From an uncultured Acidimicrobiia bacterium (GTDB lineage: Bacteria; Actinomycetota; Acidimicrobiia; Acidimicrobiales; AC-14): a stretch of DNA of 54,449 bases. The stretch is from NCBI GenBank assembly GCA_963836205.1, contig CAWIIV010000021.1, positions 1 to 54,449 on the forward strand. Reading direction: 5' to 3'. Shown piece after piece: positions 35,896-44,851 of this stretch (position 1 is its first letter; each line of letters starts with the position of its first letter). The position numbers and the translations under genes are program-made. The notes under the pieces are model-generated. The model ran no database searches. It saw only the letters and a program-made list of their open reading frames with translations, and was not told where the DNA came from.

Positions 35896-37466
35896 TCCAC
35901 CGGGTGAAGGTCTTCCCCGGTACCTACCTCGACTCGGTGCTGCAGATGGGCGGCACCCGGGCCCTGAGCCAGGTGGAGGGGGTGGACTGGGCGGCCGCGG
36001 CGATGGCCACGCCGGCCAACGTCGACACCCTGGTGGGCGAGGGCTTCGAGCAGGCCGACCTCGACGGGGCGTCGGCCGACGACCTGTTCGTGGCCGTGCG
36101 GGCGGCCGACGACGACACCGCCGACCGGGCCGTCGCCGCCGGGGAGGAGGTCCTCTTCGCGTCCAAGCCCGGCGGCCGCCAGCCGGCGGGTGGGGCCAAG
36201 GAGCGCCCGGCGCGAACCATCGAGGAGGCAGTCGTCCTCGGAACGGATGTCAATGTGGCCCTCGTGTCGGTGCCGGGCGACTACGCGGCCATGGAGGCCC
36301 ACAAGGCGCTGACGGCCGGCCTCCACGTCCTGCTCTTCAGCGACAACGTGTCGGTGGCCGACGAGATCGAGCTCAAGGACCGGGCCACCGCCCTCGGGCG
36401 CCTGGTGATGGGTCCGGGTGCGGGCACCGCCATGCTCGGGGGGACGGGACTGGGCTTCGCCAACGCGGTCACGGCCGCGACCGATGGGGACGGCCGGCCC
36501 CGGGTGGGCGTGGTGGCGGCCGCCGGCACCGGCGCTCAGGAGGCGATGAGCCTGCTCGACCGGTGGGGGGCGACGGTTACCCACGTCATCGGCCTGGGCG
36601 GGCGCGACCTCACCGACGCCGTCGACGGCCGCATGGCCAAGATGGCGGTGGCCGCCCTGCGCGACGACCCCGGCACCGACGCCATCCTCCTCGTGTCCAA
36701 GCCCCCGTCGGTGCGGGTGGCAAGGGCCGTGGTGGAGGTGGCCCGGGCCGGCGCCACTCCGTTGGTGGCGGCGATGGTCGGCCTCGACGACGCGACCGGC
36801 GGGTACGGCGTCCCCGTCCTGCCCACCCTCGAGCAAGGAGTGATGGCCGCCCTCGACGCGGTGGGCCTGCAGGCGCCCGACGTCACCGCCGGCCTCGAGG
36901 GCGGCCTTTGGCTCGCCTGTGCCGGTCTCGCCCCGAGCCGCACCCTCGTCCGGGGACTGTTCTCGGGCGGCACCCTCTGTTACGAATCCCTCGTGATCCT
37001 CACCCGCCTGCTCGGGCCGGTGTGGTCGAACACGCCCCTCGACCACGCCTACGAGGTCCCCGCCCCCGACGGCGCCCACGTGTGCCTCGACCTGGGCGAG
37101 GAGGAGTACACCAAGGGCCGGCCCCACCCCATGATCGACCCTGCGGCCCGCATCGAGTGGATCCGCGCCGAGGGGTCCCGGCCCGACGTGGCCGTCGTCC
37201 TCCTCGACGTCGTGCTCGGCCACGGCTCCCACCCCGACCCGGCCGGTGAGCTGGCGCCGGTGTGCGAGGAGATCCGGGCCGGCGGGCGCGGGCCGCAGGT
37301 GGTGGCCTACGTCCTCGGCACCGAGCACGACCCCCAGGGCTTCGCCGGCCAGGTGGCCCGCATGGAGGCGGCCGGGTGCATCGTCACCGCCACCGCGGCC
37401 CGGGCCTCGCTGGCGGCGGCCGCCATCGCCCTGCGCCAGCCGGGCCTCGTCACGACCCGGCTGTGA
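35892..37466 (+). CDS. fdrA: FdrA (AllF)-like acyl-CoA synthetase-fold protein
   Basis: YLDSV..M, MATPAN, SVPGDYA, FSDNV, MGPG.GT, G.GGRDL, LVSKPP, GLFSGGTLC, GRPHPMIDP, DVVLG.G..PDPA. Confidence 0.93.
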   Translation: MIHRVKVFPGTYLDSVLQMGGTRALSQVEGVDWAAAAMATPANVDTLVGEGFEQADLDGASADDLFVAVRAADDDTADRAVAAGEEVLFASKPGGRQPAGGAKERPARTIEEAVVLGTDVNVALVSVPGDYAAMEAHKALTAGLHVLLFSDNVSVADEIELKDRATALGRLVMGPGAGTAMLGGTGLGFANAVTAATDGDGRPRVGVVAAAGTGAQEAMSLLDRWGATVTHVIGLGGRDLTDAVDGRMAKMAVAALRDDPGTDAILLVSKPPSVRVARAVVEVARAGATPLVAAMVGLDDATGGYGVPVLPTLEQGVMAALDAVGLQAPDVTAGLEGGLWLACAGLAPSRTLVRGLFSGGTLCYESLVILTRLLGPVWSNTPLDHAYEVPAPDGAHVCLDLGEEEYTKGRPHPMIDPAARIEWIRAEGSRPDVAVVLLDVVLGHGSHPDPAGELAPVCEEIRAGGRGPQVVAYVLGTEHDPQGFAGQVARMEAAGCIVTATAARASLAAAAIALRQPGLVTTRL

Positions 37467-38623
37467 ACCCCCGGATCGCCCTCGTCGCCCATTCCACGCG
37501 CCCGCGGGGTGGGATGGTGCACTCGCTGGCCCTGGCCGAGGCGCTGGCCGACCAGGGGGTCGACGTCACCGTGGTCACCCTCGGCGACCCCGCCGTCGGG
37601 CTCCACCGGCCCACCCCCGCCCCCCACCTCGTGCTGACCGCGCCCGCTCGGGCCGACTCCCTGGAGGAGCGGGTCGACCGGTCGGTCGACGCCCTCGCCG
37701 CGGGCCTGTTCGACCTGGCCGGTCGCTTCGACCTCTTTCACACCCAGGACTGCATCGCGGCCCGGGCCGCGGCCCGCGTCCGCGACGTCGGCACCGGCAT
37801 CCCGGTCGTGCGGACGGTGCACCACGTCGACGACTTCACCACCCCCAAGCTGGTCGACTGCCAGCGCCAGGCGATCCTCGAGCCGGACCGGGTGCTGGTC
37901 GTCAGCCGCCACTGGCAGGAGCTGCTCAAGGACGGCTACGGGGTGGATGCCGAGGTGATCCACAACGGGGTCGACGCCGCCCGCTTCGCCCAGGCGCCAC
38001 CGCCGGGGGCCACCGACGCCCTCCGGGCCAAGATCGGCGCCGGCGACCGGTTCGTGTTCCTGGCCGTGGGGGGGATCGAGCCCCGGAAGGGGAGCGTCCA
38101 CCTGCTGGCGGCGATGGGGGCGCTGGGCCCGGGCGCCATGCTGGCGGTGGTGGGCGGGCACTCGTTCCAGGACTACACCGCCTACCGCGACGACGCGCTG
38201 GCCTCGCTGCCCGGCCTGGGCCTGGAGCTGGGCCGCGACGTGGTGCTGGTGGGGACGGTGGCCGACGACGAGCTGCGGGCCTGGTACCACGCGGCCGACG
38301 CCCTCGCCTTCCCGTCGCTCACGGAGGGCTGGGGCCTCGCCATCCTGGAGGCGATGGCGGCCGGGCTCCCGGTGGTGGCCACCGACATCCCCGTGTTCCG
38401 GGAGTACCTCACGCCCGGCGTCGACGCCCTCCTGGTGCCCCCCGCCGACTCGGCCGCCCTGGCCACGGCCATGGCTGCCATCGCCGCCGACGCCGACCTC
38501 CGCCGGCGCCTGGCCGACGCCGGCCGGCGGGTGGCAGCCCGTTTCACCTGGGACGACGCCGCCCGCCGCCACCTCGACGTCTACAACGCCACCGCCAGGC
38601 TCGGCACCGGGCCCGCCCCGTGA
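37463..38623 (+). CDS. MSMEG_0565-family GT4 glycosyltransferase
   Basis: STRPRGGMVHSLALAEAL, HTQDCI, RTVHHVDDF, VGGIEPRKG, SFQDY, EGWGLAILEAMAAG. Confidence 0.92.
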   Translation: MNPRIALVAHSTRPRGGMVHSLALAEALADQGVDVTVVTLGDPAVGLHRPTPAPHLVLTAPARADSLEERVDRSVDALAAGLFDLAGRFDLFHTQDCIAARAAARVRDVGTGIPVVRTVHHVDDFTTPKLVDCQRQAILEPDRVLVVSRHWQELLKDGYGVDAEVIHNGVDAARFAQAPPPGATDALRAKIGAGDRFVFLAVGGIEPRKGSVHLLAAMGALGPGAMLAVVGGHSFQDYTAYRDDALASLPGLGLELGRDVVLVGTVADDELRAWYHAADALAFPSLTEGWGLAILEAMAAGLPVVATDIPVFREYLTPGVDALLVPPADSAALATAMAAIAADADLRRRLADAGRRVAARFTWDDAARRHLDVYNATARLGTGPAP

Positions 38624-38745
38624 CGGGAGGCATCCTGGCGCGGAGGCCGAGCCGGCTCCCGCCGTACACTGACGATTGAAAGGTGGACCCCCGGTGGTCC
38701 TCGGCGGTCTTCTGCACTGTTCGAGCTAGCTGGGGGCGTCGCACC

Positions 38746-41700
38746 ATGACCCGGACCAGGGCCGCGCTCGCCACGCTGGTCGTGGCGCTGCTGACCGCAG
38801 GGAGCCTGGCCGCGTTCGTGGGCCAGACGTGGGCCGACGGCCTCACCTTCGCCGTGACCACGACGGCGGACGCCGGCGCCGGCACCCTGCGCCAGGCGAT
38901 CGACGACGCCAACGCCGCCCCCGGGCCCGACACCATCGTCTTCGCCATCGTCGTCACCCCGGAGATCGTCCTCGCCACGGCGCTGCCCGACATCACCAGT
39001 CCGGTGACGATCGACGGCACCTCCCAGGCCGGCGTGATCGTGCGCTCGAACGCTCCGATCCCGTCGTTCGCGGGCCTGACCGTCGCCACCGGCGACGTGA
39101 CCATCACCGGGCTGTCCCTGGGCGGGTTCACGGCCGCCATCGCCAGCGCCTCCCCGTCGACGTCGATCGTCGGCAACCTCGTCGGGGTGCGGCCCGACGG
39201 GGTGACGCCCATGCCGAACGACGTCGGCGTGTCGCTCGACACGGGCGTCGGCGCCTCGGTCACCGGCAACGTCATCTCCGCCAACCTCGGCGCCGGCATC
39301 CGCTTCAACGGGTCGGGGACGGCCACGATCCGGGGCAACCGGATCGGCATCACCGCCGACGGCCAGGCCGACCTCGGGAACGGGGCGGTCGGCATCGCCC
39401 TGTCCGGCGTCAGCGGTCCGGTGGTCATCGGGGGGTCGGAGGCCGGCGAGGCGAACGTGATCTCGGGCAATGCCGGCCCGGGGGTGCAGGCGGTGGCCGT
39501 CGGCGGGCTGTCCGTGCGCGGCAACCAGATCGGCACCGCCCTCGACGGAGCCACGCCCCTCGGCAATGACGGGCCGGGTGTCCGTCTGTCGGCCGCGACC
39601 GCCGCCGAGGTCGGGGGCGACACCGATGCCGACGGGAACACCATCGCCTTCAACAGCGGTGCCGGCGTCGTGGTCGACGAGGAGTTCGGCCCTTCCCTGC
39701 ACAACGCCATCCGCCACAACCGCATCCACGACAATCTCGGCCTGGGGATCGACCTGAGTCCCTCCGATGTCACCGCCAACGACCCCGGCGACGCCGACAC
39801 CGGGGCCAACGCCCTCCAGAACTTCCCCGACATCGAGTCGGTGGCCACCGTCGGCGGCGTCACGACCGTCACCGGGACCTTGAGCTCGGACCTCACCGTG
39901 ATCCACCAGATCGACTTCTACGTCAGCCCGGCCTGCGACCCGACCGGTTTCGGGGAGGGCGCGACCTGGGTCTCGGAGGACTTGACCCTGGACGACGGTT
40001 CCTTCGCCGCCAGCTTCGCCCCCCCGTTCTCCCCGTTCTTCCTGACCGCCACCGCCACCGCCCCCGAGAGCGCCGGCGACCTCGACGGCAGCACCTCCGA
40101 GTTCTCGGCCTGCGTCCAGCCCGAGGTGGAGATCAGCGACAGCACCGTCGACTTCGGCGCGCAGATCGTCGGGACCACCGAAGTCCGGACCGTGACGTTC
40201 ACCAACACCGGCAGTGGTCTCCTGCAGGAGGTCACGGTGGGGATGGAGGGCGCGAACGCGGACGACTTCTTCGCGCCCTCGGGAGCTTGCGGCAACGTCG
40301 GGCCGGGCGAGAGTTGCTTCGTCCCCGTCGAGTTCACTCCTTCCGCCGTCGGGCCCCGCACGGCCGCCCTCCGTTTCACCTACGGCAGCCCGGAGGCGCC
40401 GTCGTCGCCGCAGCTGGTGGGCCTCGCCGGGACCGGGGTCGACCCCGCCGACGCCCCCGAGGCCACCGCCTCGCCCCCGGCGTTGGGCTTCGCCGCCCAG
40501 AAGGTGGGGACCACCAGCGCACCGCAGCTGGTGACGGTGGAGAACACCGGAACCGGAATCCTCGACATCACGTCGGTGACGTTCGGTGGCCTCCATCCGG
40601 CCGACTTCGGCGAGACGCTGCCGGGCGGCTGCGCGGGCGCCTCGCTCGCTCCCGGGGCGACCTGCAGCATCGGCGTGGTGTTCAACCCGACCGGGCCCGA
40701 CGATCGCTCGGCCCAACTGGTGATCAACAGCGACGCGGTGAGCGGTCCCACCTTCGTGTTCCTCAGCGGCCAGGGCGTCGTTCCGAACGGTGTCGTCACC
40801 CCTGACCCGGTGGCCTTCGGCGTGCAGACGGTGGGGTTCGCCAGCCAGCAGGTCGTGACCCTCACCAATACCGGTCTGCCCGCGGCCGGCCTGGTGGTGA
40901 GCGGCGTGACCCTCGACGGTGACGTCGGCGACTTCAGCCTGATCGCGGACACCTGCACGGGGCAGACGGTGCCGGGCGGCGGCGGGTCGTGCACGGTGAC
41001 GGTCAGCTTCAACCCGGTGGCACGGGGTCCCCGGGCGGCGACCATCCGGTTCGCCGACGACGACCCCGACGGGCCGCAGGTGGTGAGCGTCACCGGCACC
41101 GGGCAGGGCCCGACGGCCGACCTCTCGACCGAGGTCGATCCTTTTCGGCGACCAGATGGTGGGGACCCAGAGCGCAGGCGTCCCGGTGACGATCACCAAC
41201 AACGGGGAGACCGACCTCGTGATCACCGGCGTGGCCCTCACCGGTGCCGACGCCGCCGACTTCCGGCTGACCGGGCCGGCCTGCATCACCACTTGGCTCC
41301 CGGGGCCAGCTGCACCGAGACCGTGGCCTTCGCCCCCCTCACCCCCGGTCTTCAGACCGCCACCCTCGCTTTCACCGACAACGGGCCCGGGTCGCCGCAG
41401 GAAGTGGCCCTGTCGGGAACGGGCACGCTGCCACCGACCACGACGACTTCCACGACGAGCACGACGTCCACCACGTCCACGACGGTCGCGCCGACCACGA
41501 CCTCGACGTCCACTACGACCACGACGGTGCCGCCGACCACCACCTCGACGACGACGCCGCCGACGACGACGTCCAGCACCACCACGTCCACCACATCCAC
41601 CACGTCCACGACCGTCACGCCGACCACGACCTCGACGTCCACGACCTCCACGACGGTGTCGCCGACCACGACGGTGCCGCCGACCACGACGACGTCCACC

Positions 41701-43410
41701 ACCACCTCGACCTCCACCACGACCACGACGTTGCCCACCAGCACCACCACGTCCACGACGGAACCGCCGACCACCACGTCCACCTCCACGACGTCCACGA
41801 CCGAGCCGCCGACGACTACCACGACGACGCCCACGACAACCACCGAGCCGCCGACCACCACGACGACGGCGCCTACGACCACGACGACGGCGCCTACGAC
41901 CACGACGTCGACCACGACCACCACCACATCGCTCCCGCCCACGGTCACCACGTCCACCACGCCCACCCCCTCCACGACCGTCCCGCCGGCCCCGACGACG
42001 CCCCCGATCGCCCCCACCGTTCCGAGCCCAACGGTCGCCCCGGCCGTGCCCACCACCGTCGCCCCGAGACCCTCGACCACCGTCGGGGTGACGACGAGCG
42101 TTCCCCCGTCCACGACCCTCCCACCGCCGACCACCCGGCCGCCCCTCACCACGCCGACGACGACCCCCGGCCCCACGGTGGCGGCCGTCACCCGCGAGAA
42201 GGGTTCGGATATCGGCCCGCCGGGTGTCGGCCTACGGCTGGCGGGCGACGGCTACCCCTGTTCCGAGGTATCGGTGTACTTCGACGGCGAGCGCATCGGC
42301 GTCGTACCGACGAGCGACGGTTCCCTCCGCGCCACCAAGCTCTCGGTACCGGGTGACGCCGAGCCGGGAGACCACGTCATCGACACCCGGTGCACGGGGA
42401 CGGACCGGATCGTCGCCTCGTCGACATTCGAGGTGATCGATCGGTCGGTGCACCGCAGCTTCGTGGTGACGGCGCTTCACAGCCCGCTCGACGTCCGCAT
42501 GTCCCTCGGCGACGCAGCTGTCACCGCGGCCGCCACCATGTTCCTCGCCCTCCTCATCTTCTTCCCGTGCGGGATCTTCGAGGAGACCCTCGACAACAAC
42601 TACGCCGAGGTCCGGGGCTGGTTCGGCTTCAAGGGCGACGTGAAGGAGCTGACCGGGAAGGCCGCGACCCTGCGCTTCATCGTCTTCATGGGCATCTGCG
42701 CGGCGTTGTACACCGGCCTCGATCCGGGCGCCGGCCTCGACCTGGCCACCGGGGCCGTCTTCCTCGCCCTGCTCGTGGGCCTGGCCGCGGCGGTGCTCTT
42801 CGAGGGCGTGCCGATGCTCCTCTTCGGGCGTCGGCACGGTCTCAAGGCCCCGTTGCGGGCGTTGCCGGGCAGCGTGTTCGTGGCCTTGGTGCTGGTGCTG
42901 ATGTCGAGGTTCCTGAACTTCAACCCTGGTTACGCCTTCGGGGCCATCGCCGGGTTCACCGTGGCCGGCAATCTCGAACGCCGGCAGAAGGGCTCCCTCT
43001 CATTGGCGGCGATTCTGACCGTGCTGGCCGTGTCGGTGGCCGCCTGGTTCGCGTGGGTTCCTGTGCAGCGGTTGGCCTCCGTCGACGAGCCCGGCTTCCT
43101 CATCGTGTTGTTGGAAGGGGCCCTGGCCTGCACGTTCATGATCGGAATCGAGTCCTGTCTCATCCTGACCCTGCCGATGCGGTTCCTCCACGGCGGGGAG
43201 ATCGTGGGGTGGAACCGGTGGGCCTGGGCTCTCAGTTTCGGCGCCTCGATGTTCGTCTTCGTGCACGTCCTGATCCGTGGCGGCACCGGCTACATCGCCC
43301 AGGACAGCGCGTCGATCGTCATGGTCCTCGTCCTGGCCGCCGTCTTCGGCTCGTTCGTGCTCGGCTTCTGGTCCTACTTCCGGTTCCGGCCGGAGCGGGT
43401 TCCCGCCTGA
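38746..43410 (+). CDS. Very large cell-surface protein: signal peptide, beta-helix, Ig-like repeats, Thr/Pro stalk, Ig domain, multi-TM C-terminus
   Basis: GTLRQAI..AN, GN.IG repeats, GANALQNFP, repeated FG.Q.VG..S...VT..NTG, TTTST stalk, about eight TM segments; one repeat is out of frame (~41130-41295). Confidence 0.85.
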   Translation: MTRTRAALATLVVALLTAGSLAAFVGQTWADGLTFAVTTTADAGAGTLRQAIDDANAAPGPDTIVFAIVVTPEIVLATALPDITSPVTIDGTSQAGVIVRSNAPIPSFAGLTVATGDVTITGLSLGGFTAAIASASPSTSIVGNLVGVRPDGVTPMPNDVGVSLDTGVGASVTGNVISANLGAGIRFNGSGTATIRGNRIGITADGQADLGNGAVGIALSGVSGPVVIGGSEAGEANVISGNAGPGVQAVAVGGLSVRGNQIGTALDGATPLGNDGPGVRLSAATAAEVGGDTDADGNTIAFNSGAGVVVDEEFGPSLHNAIRHNRIHDNLGLGIDLSPSDVTANDPGDADTGANALQNFPDIESVATVGGVTTVTGTLSSDLTVIHQIDFYVSPACDPTGFGEGATWVSEDLTLDDGSFAASFAPPFSPFFLTATATAPESAGDLDGSTSEFSACVQPEVEISDSTVDFGAQIVGTTEVRTVTFTNTGSGLLQEVTVGMEGANADDFFAPSGACGNVGPGESCFVPVEFTPSAVGPRTAALRFTYGSPEAPSSPQLVGLAGTGVDPADAPEATASPPALGFAAQKVGTTSAPQLVTVENTGTGILDITSVTFGGLHPADFGETLPGGCAGASLAPGATCSIGVVFNPTGPDDRSAQLVINSDAVSGPTFVFLSGQGVVPNGVVTPDPVAFGVQTVGFASQQVVTLTNTGLPAAGLVVSGVTLDGDVGDFSLIADTCTGQTVPGGGGSCTVTVSFNPVARGPRAATIRFADDDPDGPQVVSVTGTGQGPTADLSTEVDPFRRPDGGDPERRRPGDDHQQRGDRPRDHRRGPHRCRRRRLPADRAGLHHHLAPGASCTETVAFAPLTPGLQTATLAFTDNGPGSPQEVALSGTGTLPPTTTTSTTSTTSTTSTTVAPTTTSTSTTTTTVPPTTTSTTTPPTTTSSTTTSTTSTTSTTVTPTTTSTSTTSTTVSPTTTVPPTTTTSTTTSTSTTTTTLPTSTTTSTTEPPTTTSTSTTSTTEPPTTTTTTPTTTTEPPTTTTTAPTTTTTAPTTTTSTTTTTTSLPPTVTTSTTPTPSTTVPPAPTTPPIAPTVPSPTVAPAVPTTVAPRPSTTVGVTTSVPPSTTLPPPTTRPPLTTPTTTPGPTVAAVTREKGSDIGPPGVGLRLAGDGYPCSEVSVYFDGERIGVVPTSDGSLRATKLSVPGDAEPGDHVIDTRCTGTDRIVASSTFEVIDRSVHRSFVVTALHSPLDVRMSLGDAAVTAAATMFLALLIFFPCGIFEETLDNNYAEVRGWFGFKGDVKELTGKAATLRFIVFMGICAALYTGLDPGAGLDLATGAVFLALLVGLAAAVLFEGVPMLLFGRRHGLKAPLRALPGSVFVALVLVLMSRFLNFNPGYAFGAIAGFTVAGNLERRQKGSLSLAAILTVLAVSVAAWFAWVPVQRLASVDEPGFLIVLLEGALACTFMIGIESCLILTLPMRFLHGGEIVGWNRWAWALSFGASMFVFVHVLIRGGTGYIAQDSASIVMVLVLAAVFGSFVLGFWSYFRFRPERVPA

Positions 43411-43545
43411 CGACGCCCGACATCCACCGGCTGGTCGTCATGTCGGCGACGGCGTTCTTCGCAGTGGCGACGTTCGCCTTCTGGGCCTCTTTCCGTTTCC
43501 GTCCGGAGCACCCGAGGCCCTCGCCCGCGGGGGAGCAGCGGCCCC

Positions 43546-44766
43546 TCAGATGCAGTAGCAGGCCAGGGGACCGAAGCCGTTGAAGCCCACCGTCGAGTAG
43601 CAGGTGGTGTAGGCCCCGGCGGCCAGGATGTCGACCGTGTCGCCGATGGCGAGGTCGAGGGGCAGCCGGTAGTCGGCCTGCTCGTAGAGGATGTCGACGC
43701 TGTCGCACGTCGGCCCGGCGATCACCACCGGCCCCACCGCCCCACCGTCGCGGGACGTGAGCATGTGGTACTTGATGGCCTCGCCCATGGCCTCGGCCAG
43801 TCCCCCGAAGATGCCCACGTCGAGATAGACCCAGCGCTTGTCGTCGCCCTCGCACTTCCACGAGACGAGCACGACCTCGGACCGGATCACGCCCGCGTCG
43901 CCGGTGAGGTAGCGCCCGGGCTCGACCACCATCTCCGGCAGGTCGTGGCCGAAGTGGTACTCCATGGCCTTCATGATGGCGTCGGCGTAGGCCTCGATGG
44001 GCGGGACGTGGCCCCGGTAGTGGGCCGGGAAGCCGCCCCCCAGGTTCACCATCCGCAGGTTGACGCCCGACGACGCCAGTTCGGAGAACAGCCGGCCCGT
44101 GAGGGCGATGGCTTCGTCCCACTGGCGGGGGTGGCGCTGCTGCGACCCGACGTGGAACGTGACGCCCGCCGGCACCAGGCCCAGCCGCCCGGACAGGCCG
44201 AGCAGGCCGGCCGCCATCTCGATCTCGCAGCCGAACTTGCGGGACAGCGGCCACTCGGCGCCCTCGTTGGAGGTGAGGATCCGGCACACCACGTCGGACC
44301 CGGGGGCGTTCTCGGCGATCTTCTCCAGCTCGCCGATGCTGTCGAAGGCGAACATGCGGACGCCCTTCTCGTAGGCGTAGGCGATGTCGCGGCCCTTCTT
44401 GATGGTGCTCCCGTAGGACAGGGCGGAGCCGGGCACGCCCGCGTCGAGGCACAGGTCGATCTCCGACGGGCTGGCCACGTCGAAGCTCGCGCCCAGCCCG
44501 GCCAGCATGTTGACGATCTCGGCTGCGGGATTGGCCTTGATGGCGTAATAGACGCGGGCCAGCGGCAACGCCTCGGTGAGGTGCTGGTACTGGCGGGCCA
44601 CCACATCCAGGTCGAGAACCAGGCAGGGGGTGGCGGGACGCACTTCCTCCAGGAAGCGTGCGATCTTCGGATTGAGCGACGCGGGGTCGACGATGTCGGC
44701 GCCCGGCCGTCCGATCAGCGTGATGATGGATCCTGTCGAGTCACGGCGAACTCCCTTCGCAACCAC
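43546..44766 (-). CDS. Type III PLP ornithine/lysine decarboxylase (start uncertain)
   Basis: YYAIKAN, FDVAS, WPLSRKFG, FHVGSQ, NLGGGF, EPGR, GPTCDSVD, GAYT. Confidence 0.93.
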   Translation of the reverse strand: MVAKGVRRDSTGSIITLIGRPGADIVDPASLNPKIARFLEEVRPATPCLVLDLDVVARQYQHLTEALPLARVYYAIKANPAAEIVNMLAGLGASFDVASPSEIDLCLDAGVPGSALSYGSTIKKGRDIAYAYEKGVRMFAFDSIGELEKIAENAPGSDVVCRILTSNEGAEWPLSRKFGCEIEMAAGLLGLSGRLGLVPAGVTFHVGSQQRHPRQWDEAIALTGRLFSELASSGVNLRMVNLGGGFPAHYRGHVPPIEAYADAIMKAMEYHFGHDLPEMVVEPGRYLTGDAGVIRSEVVLVSWKCEGDDKRWVYLDVGIFGGLAEAMGEAIKYHMLTSRDGGAVGPVVIAGPTCDSVDILYEQADYRLPLDLAIGDTVDILAAGAYTTCYSTVGFNGFGPLACYCI

Positions 44767-44851
44767 GCCGAAGTTTCAAGCGACCGAGGTTACAAGCCAC
44801 GCCTACCGGTGTCGACGATCCTCCCTCGGCACCGCCGATATGGTCCTCGGG

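Noticed and set aside
41352-42191. Val-rich hydrophobic ORF on the minus strand
   Set aside because: It is the reverse complement of the Thr-rich stalk codons.
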